Source: Candidatus Copromonas avistercoris (nom. illeg.)
GTDB taxonomy: Bacteria; Bacillota; Clostridia; Lachnospirales; Lachnospiraceae
NCBI GenBank assembly: GCA_018713185.1
Contig: DVFQ01000072.1
Location: 1-51,397, forward strand
Length of the DNA stretch: 51,397 nucleotides
Direction: 5' to 3'
The notes under the pieces were generated by a model. The model made no database searches. It saw nothing but the letters and a program-made list of their open reading frames with translations, and had not been told where the DNA came from. The position numbers were made by a program, and so were the translations under genes. Each line of letters starts with the position of its first letter. The stretch's first letter is position 1. Below, piece after piece: positions 44,835 to 51,397 of the stretch.

Positions 44835-46068
44835 CGACCGTCACCACCTTTATATTGGATTTGGAGAGCAGCTTTCCAGCCGGGAGATCGATGGTCTCCA
44901 TCTCCGCCGGAAGAAGCTTGGGGTATGTCCGGGAAACGAGGCAGGTCTCATCCTGCCGGATCTCCACCCGGCAGCCGCGGACCGGCTTCCTGGGCCGGAA
45001 GGATAAGGAAACGTCCCTGGCGCCGGAAATTTTCTGAGGCACTGTATAGCCGATCAGCCCTCCGGTCTCGATGGAGATTTCCGCCGGGGCCAGATCTTCT
45101 TTTAAGTAGGCGGCCACGGACTTGGCCAGCCGTTCCGCTTCGAGAGAAACGAAATCCACCAGGTCGTGGACATGAAGCACATTTCCCGCGGCGAAAATCC
45201 CGGGAACGCTGGTCTGATAAAATTCGTCCACAACGGCGCCCTTGGTGCGGGGATCCAGCTCAACGCCCGCCATCAGGGAAAGCTCATTTTCCGGGATCAG
45301 TCCCACGGAAAGGATCAACGTATCGCAGTCATACCGTTTTTCGGTTCCGGGGATCGGCTGCATATTCTCGTCCACCTGACTCACCTCGACGGCTTCCAGC
45401 CGGTTGTGGCCGATGATTTTTGTCACCGTATGGCTTAAGTACAGAGGAATCTGATAATCGTTCAAGCACTGCTCGATATTGCGGGGCAGTCCGCTGGGAT
45501 AGGGCTGGATCTCAAAGACCGCCTGCACCTTCGCGCCCTCCAGCGTCATTCTCCGGGCCATGATCATGCCGATGTCGCCGGAGCCTAAGATGATGACATT
45601 TTTTCCCACCATCTTATTTTTCAGATTGATATAGGCTTGGGCGGTTCCGGCGGTAAAGACGCCGGCCGGCCGTTCTCCGGGAATGGATAAGGCTCCCCGG
45701 GTCCGTTCCCGGCAGCCCATCGTCAGGATGACCGCGTCCGCCTGATACTGCAGAAGGCCGTCTTTAGAAGCTGCCGTTACCTTGCGGTCCCGGGTCAGGC
45801 CGATGACGGTGGCGTCAGTGACGATTTCAATTCCCTGCTTTTTTACATCATCGATAAAACGCTGGGCATATTCCGGGCCGGAAAGAGTCTCGCCGAAGCG
45901 GGTCAGGCCGAAGCCGTCGTGGATACACTGGCGGAGAATGCCGCCGGGCGTATGCTCCCGCTCCAGGATCAGAATGTCATCGATCCCGTTTTTCTTTAAT
46001 TCCGCGGCCGCCGCCAGTCCGCCGGGACCGCCGCCGATGATAACTGCCTGTTTATGGATGAAAGTCAT
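44827..46068 (-). CDS. NAD(P)/FAD-dependent pyridine nucleotide-disulfide-type oxidoreductase
   Basis: VIIGGGPGGLAAA and IILGSGDIGMIMA dinucleotide folds. ATGA overlap with the upstream gene. Confidence 0.85.
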   Translation of the reverse strand: MTFIHKQAVIIGGGPGGLAAAAELKKNGIDDILILEREHTPGGILRQCIHDGFGLTRFGETLSGPEYAQRFIDDVKKQGIEIVTDATVIGLTRDRKVTAASKDGLLQYQADAVILTMGCRERTRGALSIPGERPAGVFTAGTAQAYINLKNKMVGKNVIILGSGDIGMIMARRMTLEGAKVQAVFEIQPYPSGLPRNIEQCLNDYQIPLYLSHTVTKIIGHNRLEAVEVSQVDENMQPIPGTEKRYDCDTLILSVGLIPENELSLMAGVELDPRTKGAVVDEFYQTSVPGIFAAGNVLHVHDLVDFVSLEAERLAKSVAAYLKEDLAPAEISIETGGLIGYTVPQKISGARDVSLSFRPRKPVRGCRVEIRQDETCLVSRTYPKLLPAEMETIDLPAGKLLSKSNIKVVTVDE

Positions 46069-47675
46069 GATTCGCGCACCTCCCCGGTAAATAAGTAGGA
46101 ACCGCGCCGCTCATAAGTCAGATCCTCGGGCCGGATCCCTTTTTCTTCCATTAAAAGCTCCGTGATCTTCGGCTGGCAGTAGCCGCCTTGGCAGCGTCCC
46201 ATCATCGCGCGGCAGCGGTATTTTACGCCGGTCACGGTTTTCGCTCCAAGAGGCCCGCGGATCGCGGCCAGCACTTCGGCTTTGGTGATGGTTTCGCAGC
46301 GGCAGATGATCTCGCCGTAATCCGGATTTTCTTTGATCAGGCGGGCCTGCTCTTCGGGCGTTTTATCGCGGAAGGTCACGGCGCGCCGCCGGATCGGGTT
46401 AAAGGCCGGATTTTCTTTTAACGGTTCCACCTCTTTCATCAGGCGGATGACCTCGTGGGCGATGGGAACGGCGCTGGTGAGTCCAGGAGATTCGATTCCC
46501 ACCAGGTTTACGGCATGAGGCGCGACGGCGTCCCGGCGCTCGATCACAAAGTCATGGAAACCGCCGACTCCGGGCGGAGCCAGTTTGGGGCGGATTCCGG
46601 CAAAGTTCCGGATAAAATATTCCTTCTTCAGATAGGGGAAGATCCGGCTTCCGTCCTCGATCAGCATATCCATAATGGGACGGGTGGCGGAATAGTCCTC
46701 CCGGCTGTCAATGTATTCGGTGCTGGGACCGACCATGATATTGCCGTCCAGCGTGGGCGTCAGATGGATCCCCAGGCCGCCGGTTTTAATGTTGGGAACC
46801 GGATAGGCCGGAAGCGGAAGCATATGGCTTAAGCGTTTATCCAGGATATAGTATTCTCCCCGGCAAGGATAGAGCGTATATTCATCGATTCCCAGCATGG
46901 CGGAAATCCGGTCGGAGCCAAGACCCGCGCAGTTGATGACCCAGCGGGTAAGAAAGCTTTTTCCCTTTGTGGTTACGGTATAAACGCCGTCGGGATCATA
47001 AGGAGCGCCCGGAGCGTTGTTCCTGTTTTTGGCAGAATGGAACTCGCTGGCTTCTGCGGGATCGGATTGGCCGGTTTTTGCGGGATCGGGCCCGCCGGTT
47101 TTTGGGGGATCCGGCTGGAAGGTTCCGTTTATCAGGCGGCCATGGGTAATCTGGGTGACTTCGCTGTCAAAGAAAAACTGAACGCCGTTTTCGGCCGCGT
47201 TTTCCGCCATACCGAAGGTGAACTGAAACGGACTTAAGATCGCCGTCGTCGGGGACCACATGGCGAAATTCCCGCCGACGCAGGGCGCTTTTTTATCAAT
47301 AAAGTCCCGCTCAACCATGCGGATGCCCTCGATGCCGTTGCGTTCGCCCTGGGCCTTCAGCTCCTCTAGCTTTTCCCGGTCCTCCGGGGTAAAGCCGACG
47401 ACCAGCTTGCCGGTCCGGCGGTAGGGAATATCCAGCTCCTCTGCGATCTGGTCGAAGGTGCGGTTTCCCTCTACACAGAACTTTGCCATCAGGGATCCGG
47501 TTTTATTGTTATAGCCTGCATGAAGGACCGCGGAGTTGCGGCTGCTGGTCTCCATACAGACGTCTGGGCCTTTTTCTGCAACGCAGACGGAGAGCTGGTA
47601 GCGGGAAAGCTCGCGGGCCACAGAACAGCCGACGACGCCTGCGCCGATCACCAGAACATCATAGATCGGATTCAT
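46065..47675 (-). CDS. glpA: FAD-dependent glycerol-3-phosphate dehydrogenase-like oxidoreductase with C-terminal BFD-like [2Fe-2S] domain
   Basis: MNPIYDVLVIGAGVVGCSVAREL and C-terminal CRCETITKAE...CRAMMGRCQGGYC. ATG 47675 lies 7 nt after AAGGAG; the longer 47861 ORF start has no support. Confidence 0.85.
   Translation of the reverse strand: MNPIYDVLVIGAGVVGCSVARELSRYQLSVCVAEKGPDVCMETSSRNSAVLHAGYNNKTGSLMAKFCVEGNRTFDQIAEELDIPYRRTGKLVVGFTPEDREKLEELKAQGERNGIEGIRMVERDFIDKKAPCVGGNFAMWSPTTAILSPFQFTFGMAENAAENGVQFFFDSEVTQITHGRLINGTFQPDPPKTGGPDPAKTGQSDPAEASEFHSAKNRNNAPGAPYDPDGVYTVTTKGKSFLTRWVINCAGLGSDRISAMLGIDEYTLYPCRGEYYILDKRLSHMLPLPAYPVPNIKTGGLGIHLTPTLDGNIMVGPSTEYIDSREDYSATRPIMDMLIEDGSRIFPYLKKEYFIRNFAGIRPKLAPPGVGGFHDFVIERRDAVAPHAVNLVGIESPGLTSAVPIAHEVIRLMKEVEPLKENPAFNPIRRRAVTFRDKTPEEQARLIKENPDYGEIICRCETITKAEVLAAIRGPLGAKTVTGVKYRCRAMMGRCQGGYCQPKITELLMEEKGIRPEDLTYERRGSYLFTGEVRES
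47055..47125 (-). repeat. 24-bp in-frame tandem repeat (~2.5-3 copies) inside glpA
   Basis: Plus strand: TGCGGGATCGGATTGGCCGGTTTT / TGCGGGATCGGGCCCGCCGGTTTT / degenerate TGGGGGATCCGGCTGG.... It encodes PDPPKTGG-PDPAKTGQ-SDPAEAS. Confidence 0.85.
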
Positions 47676-47854
47676 TGCGTTACTCCTTTCGCTCGCCGGC
47701 CGGGAGCCGGCGGATCTTGCTGCCATTTGTATCTGTACATAGACCTCATTATACACCCTGAAAGACGCGGGGGAAAGAGAAATCTGCTCGAAAATGCAGC
47801 AGACTGCGAAGACGCAGGATGGAATCTGCGAAGCTGCAGGATAGAATCTGCCGC

Positions 47855-47899
47855 TTGACAAAGTGACAGGCTGTCACTATAATGGTGACGAGGTGTCAC
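47855..47899 (+). promoter_or_regulatory. Consensus sigma-A promoter with two palindromic operator sites (TetR operator candidates)
   Basis: TTGACA (47855-60), a 17 nt spacer, TATAAT (47878-83). The spacer contains the perfect palindrome GTGACAG-G-CTGTCAC (47863-77). A second site GTGAC-gaggt-GTCAC lies at 47885-99. Confidence 0.7.
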
Positions 47900-47973
47900 T
47901 TTTAGAATTTCCCCAAGCATCAGGCCATTGGAAGGCTATTTTGGACGGCCGGGGGAAGAAGGAGAGATGGAGT

Positions 47974-48612
47974 ATGCCGACGGAACGGTTTAACAGGCTG
48001 CCGGACAAGAAGAAAGAGGCGATCCGGATTGCCGCGGCGAAGGAATTTGCGAGAGTGCTTCCGGAGGAAGTATCCATAAACCGGATCATCCGCGACGCGG
48101 AAATTTCCAGGGGAAGCTTTTATACGTATTTTGAGGATAAAGGGGATCTGCTGCGGTGGCTGGTGGAGGACGTGGTGGACCGGAACATGCAGTTTTATAT
48201 CCAGAGGCTTAAGGAAAACGGCGGGGATATATGAGATGTCTTCGACCGGATCCTTGATAACAGCCTCCACCAGATCGTGTCGGAGGGATTTCTGGATATT
48301 TTCCGAAACCTGATCAAGAGCGCGCAGTTTTCCGAATGCCTTCAAAAAAAGACGGAGCAGGAGAAGGAGTTCAATGCGGCAAGTCAGCAGTCCTTTGACC
48401 AGATGTACCAGCATCTGGACCATGAGAGCTGCCCGGTTTCCAAGGAAGAGTTTTATGATCTGATGGATCTGCAGATCATGCTTCAGATGATGGCGCTTAA
48501 AAGCCTTTTGCAGGACGGCCAGCCCAAGGAGACTGTGGAGAAGCGTTATAAAGCCCGGGTGCGGATCCTGCGCTATGGCGTTGGAAACGGGAAGCAGGCC
48601 GAAAGAGATTGA
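47974..48612 (+). pseudogene. TetR/AcrR-family regulator interrupted by a single in-frame TGA (48232-48234)
   Basis: N-terminal HTH (AAAKEFARVLPEEVSINRIIRDAEISRGSFYTYFEDKGDLL). The same frame continues after the TGA: ...ENGGDI-stop-DVFDRILDNSLHQIVSEGFLDIF... ORFs 47863-48234 and 48277-48612 share one frame. Confidence 0.7.
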
Positions 48613-48684
48613 AAGAATTTGTAAGAGAATCGTTATTGTGTTTCCAGATATAAGATCGTATTCTTATAAATGGAGGAGAAGGAT

Positions 48685-49884
48685 ATGAAGATTGGAAAAT
48701 GGAAGGCGGCGGGAATCGCGCTTTTTCTGGCGGCGGCAGGATGTATGCCCGCGTACGCGGCGCAGAGCGATCCGATCCTGACGGAATATGACGAAGCGAC
48801 TCTGGAAAAATTCCGGGACAATACGCTGGAATACGGGGAGATCCCGGGGCTGGTCGAACAATACAATACGGAATTTCGGAACCAGCTGGAGAGCTTTTAC
48901 TCGAATCCAGGAAGCTCGACCGGCTTAACGAGGGAACAGCTTCTGGAGCTGGCTTCGGAACTGAGGGCGGAAGCCGAGGAGCTGGATCAGGAAGCGGAGG
49001 CGTCCAAAGACGATCTTACGAAAGAGGAATACGAGGAATATCAGGTGAATATCCGCTCGCTAAAGTCATACGCGAGGGATCTGGAGAATGACGCGGCGGG
49101 AAAGAACGCGGCCGGTTCTTCGGCGGCCAGAAGCTTACGGATCTTAAAGGATCAGCAGACCATGGCGGCCCAGGAAAAAATGCGGACTTATGAGACGTTA
49201 AAGGATCAGAACGCGGCCGCGCAGAAAAAGCTGGAGATGGCGGAGCTGACTTATGAGTCGGCAAAAAAGAAGAGAGAATTGGGAACCTATTCGGACGAGA
49301 ACGTCCTGGACGCGGAAAAAGCGTTAAATCAGGCCAGGGCAGAGGCGAAAGCCGCGGCGGATGCTTTGGAAACGGGGAAAAACGACCTGATCATGATGCT
49401 TGGCTGGAGCTATGGGAGCGATCCGGAGATCCTTTCGGTCCCGGAGCCGGATCTGACCCGGATCTCATCGTATGATCTTCCGGCGGATCAGGCCAAAGCT
49501 ATTGAGAATAACACGACGCTGTTTACTACAAGAATGACGGATTCCTCCAGTCAGGGAGGGGCCAACGCCAAAGCCAGAACGATCAAGGAGCAGGAAGAAC
49601 AGGTAATGATGGGAATGGAGCTTTTGTATCAGGAAGTACTCCAAAAACAGAAGGCGTATGAGGCGGCGGAGGCTGGCTGGCAGAAGGCGCAGGAGGATAA
49701 AAAGGCGGCGGATCTGCAGTACAGTCTTGGGATGCTGAGCCGGGAAAATTATCTCGCGGCGGAGGCGGCCTGGCTGGACGGCGAGGCGGCCTGGACGGCG
49801 GCCGGCTTGGATCTGACAGCGGCCATGGAAAATTATGAGTGGGCCATAAAGGGGCTTTTGGATATTGGAAGCCAGCAGAGCTAA
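48685..49884 (+). CDS. TolC-family-like secreted coiled-coil protein (paralogue 1)
   Basis: Signal peptide KAAGIALFLAAAGCMPAYA. Long Ala/Glu/Lys/Gln heptad-like helices in two halves. ATG 48685 lies 6 nt after GGAGGAG. Confidence 0.65.
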   Translation: MKIGKWKAAGIALFLAAAGCMPAYAAQSDPILTEYDEATLEKFRDNTLEYGEIPGLVEQYNTEFRNQLESFYSNPGSSTGLTREQLLELASELRAEAEELDQEAEASKDDLTKEEYEEYQVNIRSLKSYARDLENDAAGKNAAGSSAARSLRILKDQQTMAAQEKMRTYETLKDQNAAAQKKLEMAELTYESAKKKRELGTYSDENVLDAEKALNQARAEAKAAADALETGKNDLIMMLGWSYGSDPEILSVPEPDLTRISSYDLPADQAKAIENNTTLFTTRMTDSSSQGGANAKARTIKEQEEQVMMGMELLYQEVLQKQKAYEAAEAGWQKAQEDKKAADLQYSLGMLSRENYLAAEAAWLDGEAAWTAAGLDLTAAMENYEWAIKGLLDIGSQQS

Positions 49885-49985
49885 AAAGATGAAAGCGGCA
49901 AAAAGCCGAAGCCTGCCGAATGGCAGACGTTGGAAATGATCGCGAGGAAACGATCGCATGGAAACGATCGTATGGAGGTGCGGAA

Positions 49986-51239
49986 TTGGATAGGAAGAAA
50001 TTTAGAAAACGGATGGTTCCGGCGGCAGTGATCGCGGTATTGGCCGCAGTCCCGGCCGCGGCTTATGCCGATGAGCCGAAGGACAATGTTTTTGTCGCCG
50101 AGCCGGGGAATCCTTATGATGAGGCAACCTGGAACCGGATCCATGATAATGTGCTGGAGTACGATGAGATCGGGATCCTGGTGAATGAGTTCAGCCCGAC
50201 TTACAAAAATCTGAGAGAAACCTATGAGGATAATAAAAACGCGTCGAAGGACGTGGAAAAGGTAAAGGAACAGCTGATGGCGGGCTCCGGCGCGCTGATC
50301 GACCAGGCGAATTCCCTTTCGGATACGGCGTCCAGCATTCGGGACATGCTGGGATATCAGAACATGGTGACGCCCGACGCATACGCCAGTATGGTGTACA
50401 GTGCGGAGCTTTTAAACTACCAGTCGGAACAGATGCTTTTAATGGGGGACAGCGTGACGGAGGTAACTCCGGAGATGCTTCATGTGCAGGTGGTGGAAAC
50501 CGGAAGGGCCAGCCTGATCTCCGGCGCGCAGACTACCATGATCGGTTATGAACAGCTCCTTCTTTCCAAGGAACAGCTGGAATCTTCTCTGGAGCTTTTA
50601 GAGGCGGTTTACCAGTCCACTGTGACCCAGGCCAATGTGGGAATGGCGACTCAGGCAGATGTTTTGAGCGCAAAGCAGAATCTGGAATCGGCCCAGGCGG
50701 GAATGCTGACCATTGAGGCCAACGAGCAGAATATCCGGCAGACGCTCTGTACGATGCTGGGCTGGGCCTACAATGCTTCGCCGGAAATCCGCCCGGTCCC
50801 GGCGGCGGACGAGAGCCGGATCGCGGTCATGAACCCGGAGACCGATAAGGAAAAGGCGATCGCCAATAACTTTACCTTAAAATATAATGTGCTTTCCTTA
50901 GATACGCTGACGGACGGTTCCGCGGAAAAAGCCAATATGGAGCGGACGGTCGCGCAGCAGAAGGAGCAGATTGCCTCCAAGCTGACCAATCTTTACAACG
51001 ATGTTTTGCAGAAGCAGAGCGAATTGGCGACGGCGAAGGCGGCTTATGGGCTGGAGCAGACCAAGATGAACGCGGCTTCCCAGAAGCTTCAGCTGGGGAC
51101 GATCGGACGGCTGGAGTATTTACAGCAGGAAAACAGCTTGAAGAATCAGGAAATCGCGGTAAAGAACGCGGAGCTGGCGCTGTTTCAGTCCATGGAGACC
51201 TACGACTGGGCGCTGGAGGGAAATTTGAGTTTGACGTAA
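49986..51239 (+). CDS. TolC-family-like secreted coiled-coil protein (paralogue 2)
   Basis: Same architecture, with shared motifs (TLEYGEIPGLV vs VLEYDEIGILV; MLGWSYGS vs MLGWAYNAS; NYEWAIKG vs TYDWALEG). A TTG at 49986 after GGAGGTG is the favoured start; ATG 49920 or 50013 are also possible. Confidence 0.6.
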   Translation: MDRKKFRKRMVPAAVIAVLAAVPAAAYADEPKDNVFVAEPGNPYDEATWNRIHDNVLEYDEIGILVNEFSPTYKNLRETYEDNKNASKDVEKVKEQLMAGSGALIDQANSLSDTASSIRDMLGYQNMVTPDAYASMVYSAELLNYQSEQMLLMGDSVTEVTPEMLHVQVVETGRASLISGAQTTMIGYEQLLLSKEQLESSLELLEAVYQSTVTQANVGMATQADVLSAKQNLESAQAGMLTIEANEQNIRQTLCTMLGWAYNASPEIRPVPAADESRIAVMNPETDKEKAIANNFTLKYNVLSLDTLTDGSAEKANMERTVAQQKEQIASKLTNLYNDVLQKQSELATAKAAYGLEQTKMNAASQKLQLGTIGRLEYLQQENSLKNQEIAVKNAELALFQSMETYDWALEGNLSLT

Positions 51240-51282
51240 GGGAAATCAATACGGAAATGAAATAGAAAGGGAATAGAGGCTC

Positions 51283-51397
51283 ACCGGATCGGATAGGTTC
51301 GGCGGGCCTTTGTTTATATGCGGCATTCCGAAAATGTTCCGGGAAGCAAAGGAATATGGCCTTCGTGAGCCGGAGCTGATTGATATGGGCAGCGATT
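51283..51397 (+). other. Open frame running off the window, resembling the C-terminal wHTH part of AlbA_2/HATPase_c_4-type putative regulators; possibly a fragment
   Basis: ...FGGPLFICGIPKMFREAKEYGLREPELIDMGSD resembles the G-S-G-I-x-R/K-M...GLPEPEF tail of that family. A stop lies immediately upstream and no start codon or N-terminal domain is present. Confidence 0.25.

Noticed and set aside
43830-45416. Plus-strand ORFs 43830-44378 (PVAPV-rich) and 44445-45416 (323 aa)
   Set aside because: The first is the antisense reading of the collagen G-X-Y repeat. The second is antisense to the DUF1667 and oxidoreductase genes and is Arg/Pro/Gly-rich with no signatures.
48232-48234. Genome-wide reassignment of TGA (to Trp or Gly) as the explanation for the in-frame TGA codons in TetR and selD
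   Set aside because: Many well-supported genes in the window terminate at TGA at the expected family length: rfbF, rfbG, the HD and PH proteins, and the AAA ATPase. The selD UGA sits at the known Sec position.

Overview
This 51.4 kb window looks like high-GC Firmicutes (Clostridia-type) chromosome. All calls come from reading the sequence and the ORF track; no database search was possible.

Gene order, left to right:
- The conserved rpmG(partial)-secE-nusG-rplK-rplA-rplJ-rplL cluster, with L1-type and L10-type leader elements. It ends at a strong terminator, and no rpoB/rpoC follows.
- An unusual ~860 aa fusion protein: CoA-disulfide-reductase-like flavoprotein, rhodanese, and a siroheme-type sulfite-reductase-like Fe-S module.
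- A tightly packed 14.6 kb, 11-gene, single-strand operon (6472-21085). It encodes a GmhA-like isomerase, an LtaS-family transferase, three large polytopic GT-C-like membrane proteins, a protein with a membrane anchor and a very long Lys/Glu/Gln/Ala tail, RfbF-RfbG-RfbH, a LicD-family phosphotransferase and a GtrB/ArnC-like GT2. I consider this the best candidate for an undescribed cell-envelope glycopolymer system.
- Housekeeping and accessory genes: lipoprotein, C26 amidotransferase, PLC-like protein, AGCS symporter, SIMPL lipoprotein, cyclophilin, GNAT, ispE, a GntR / small ORF / AKR-FeS operon, and a Cache-GGDEF(degenerate)-EAL protein.
- An A/T-richer insertion carrying a lone AAA/DUF4143-like ATPase with a degenerate Walker A motif.
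- A decayed GGDEF gene remnant.
- An Fbp/Thi-type ABC importer, then PH-domain and HD-domain proteins.
- A selD gene with an in-frame UGA (Sec) that the ORF track truncates.
- A BclA-like collagen-repeat protein.
- A clostridial-type glpA / oxidoreductase / DUF1667 trio.
- A TetR gene interrupted by a single in-frame TGA, sitting behind a consensus promoter with palindromic operators.
- Two TolC-like paralogues.

A recurring oddity is short in-frame tandem repeats or low-complexity insertions inside otherwise conserved genes. No rRNA, tRNA, CRISPR array, transposase or integrase was seen.
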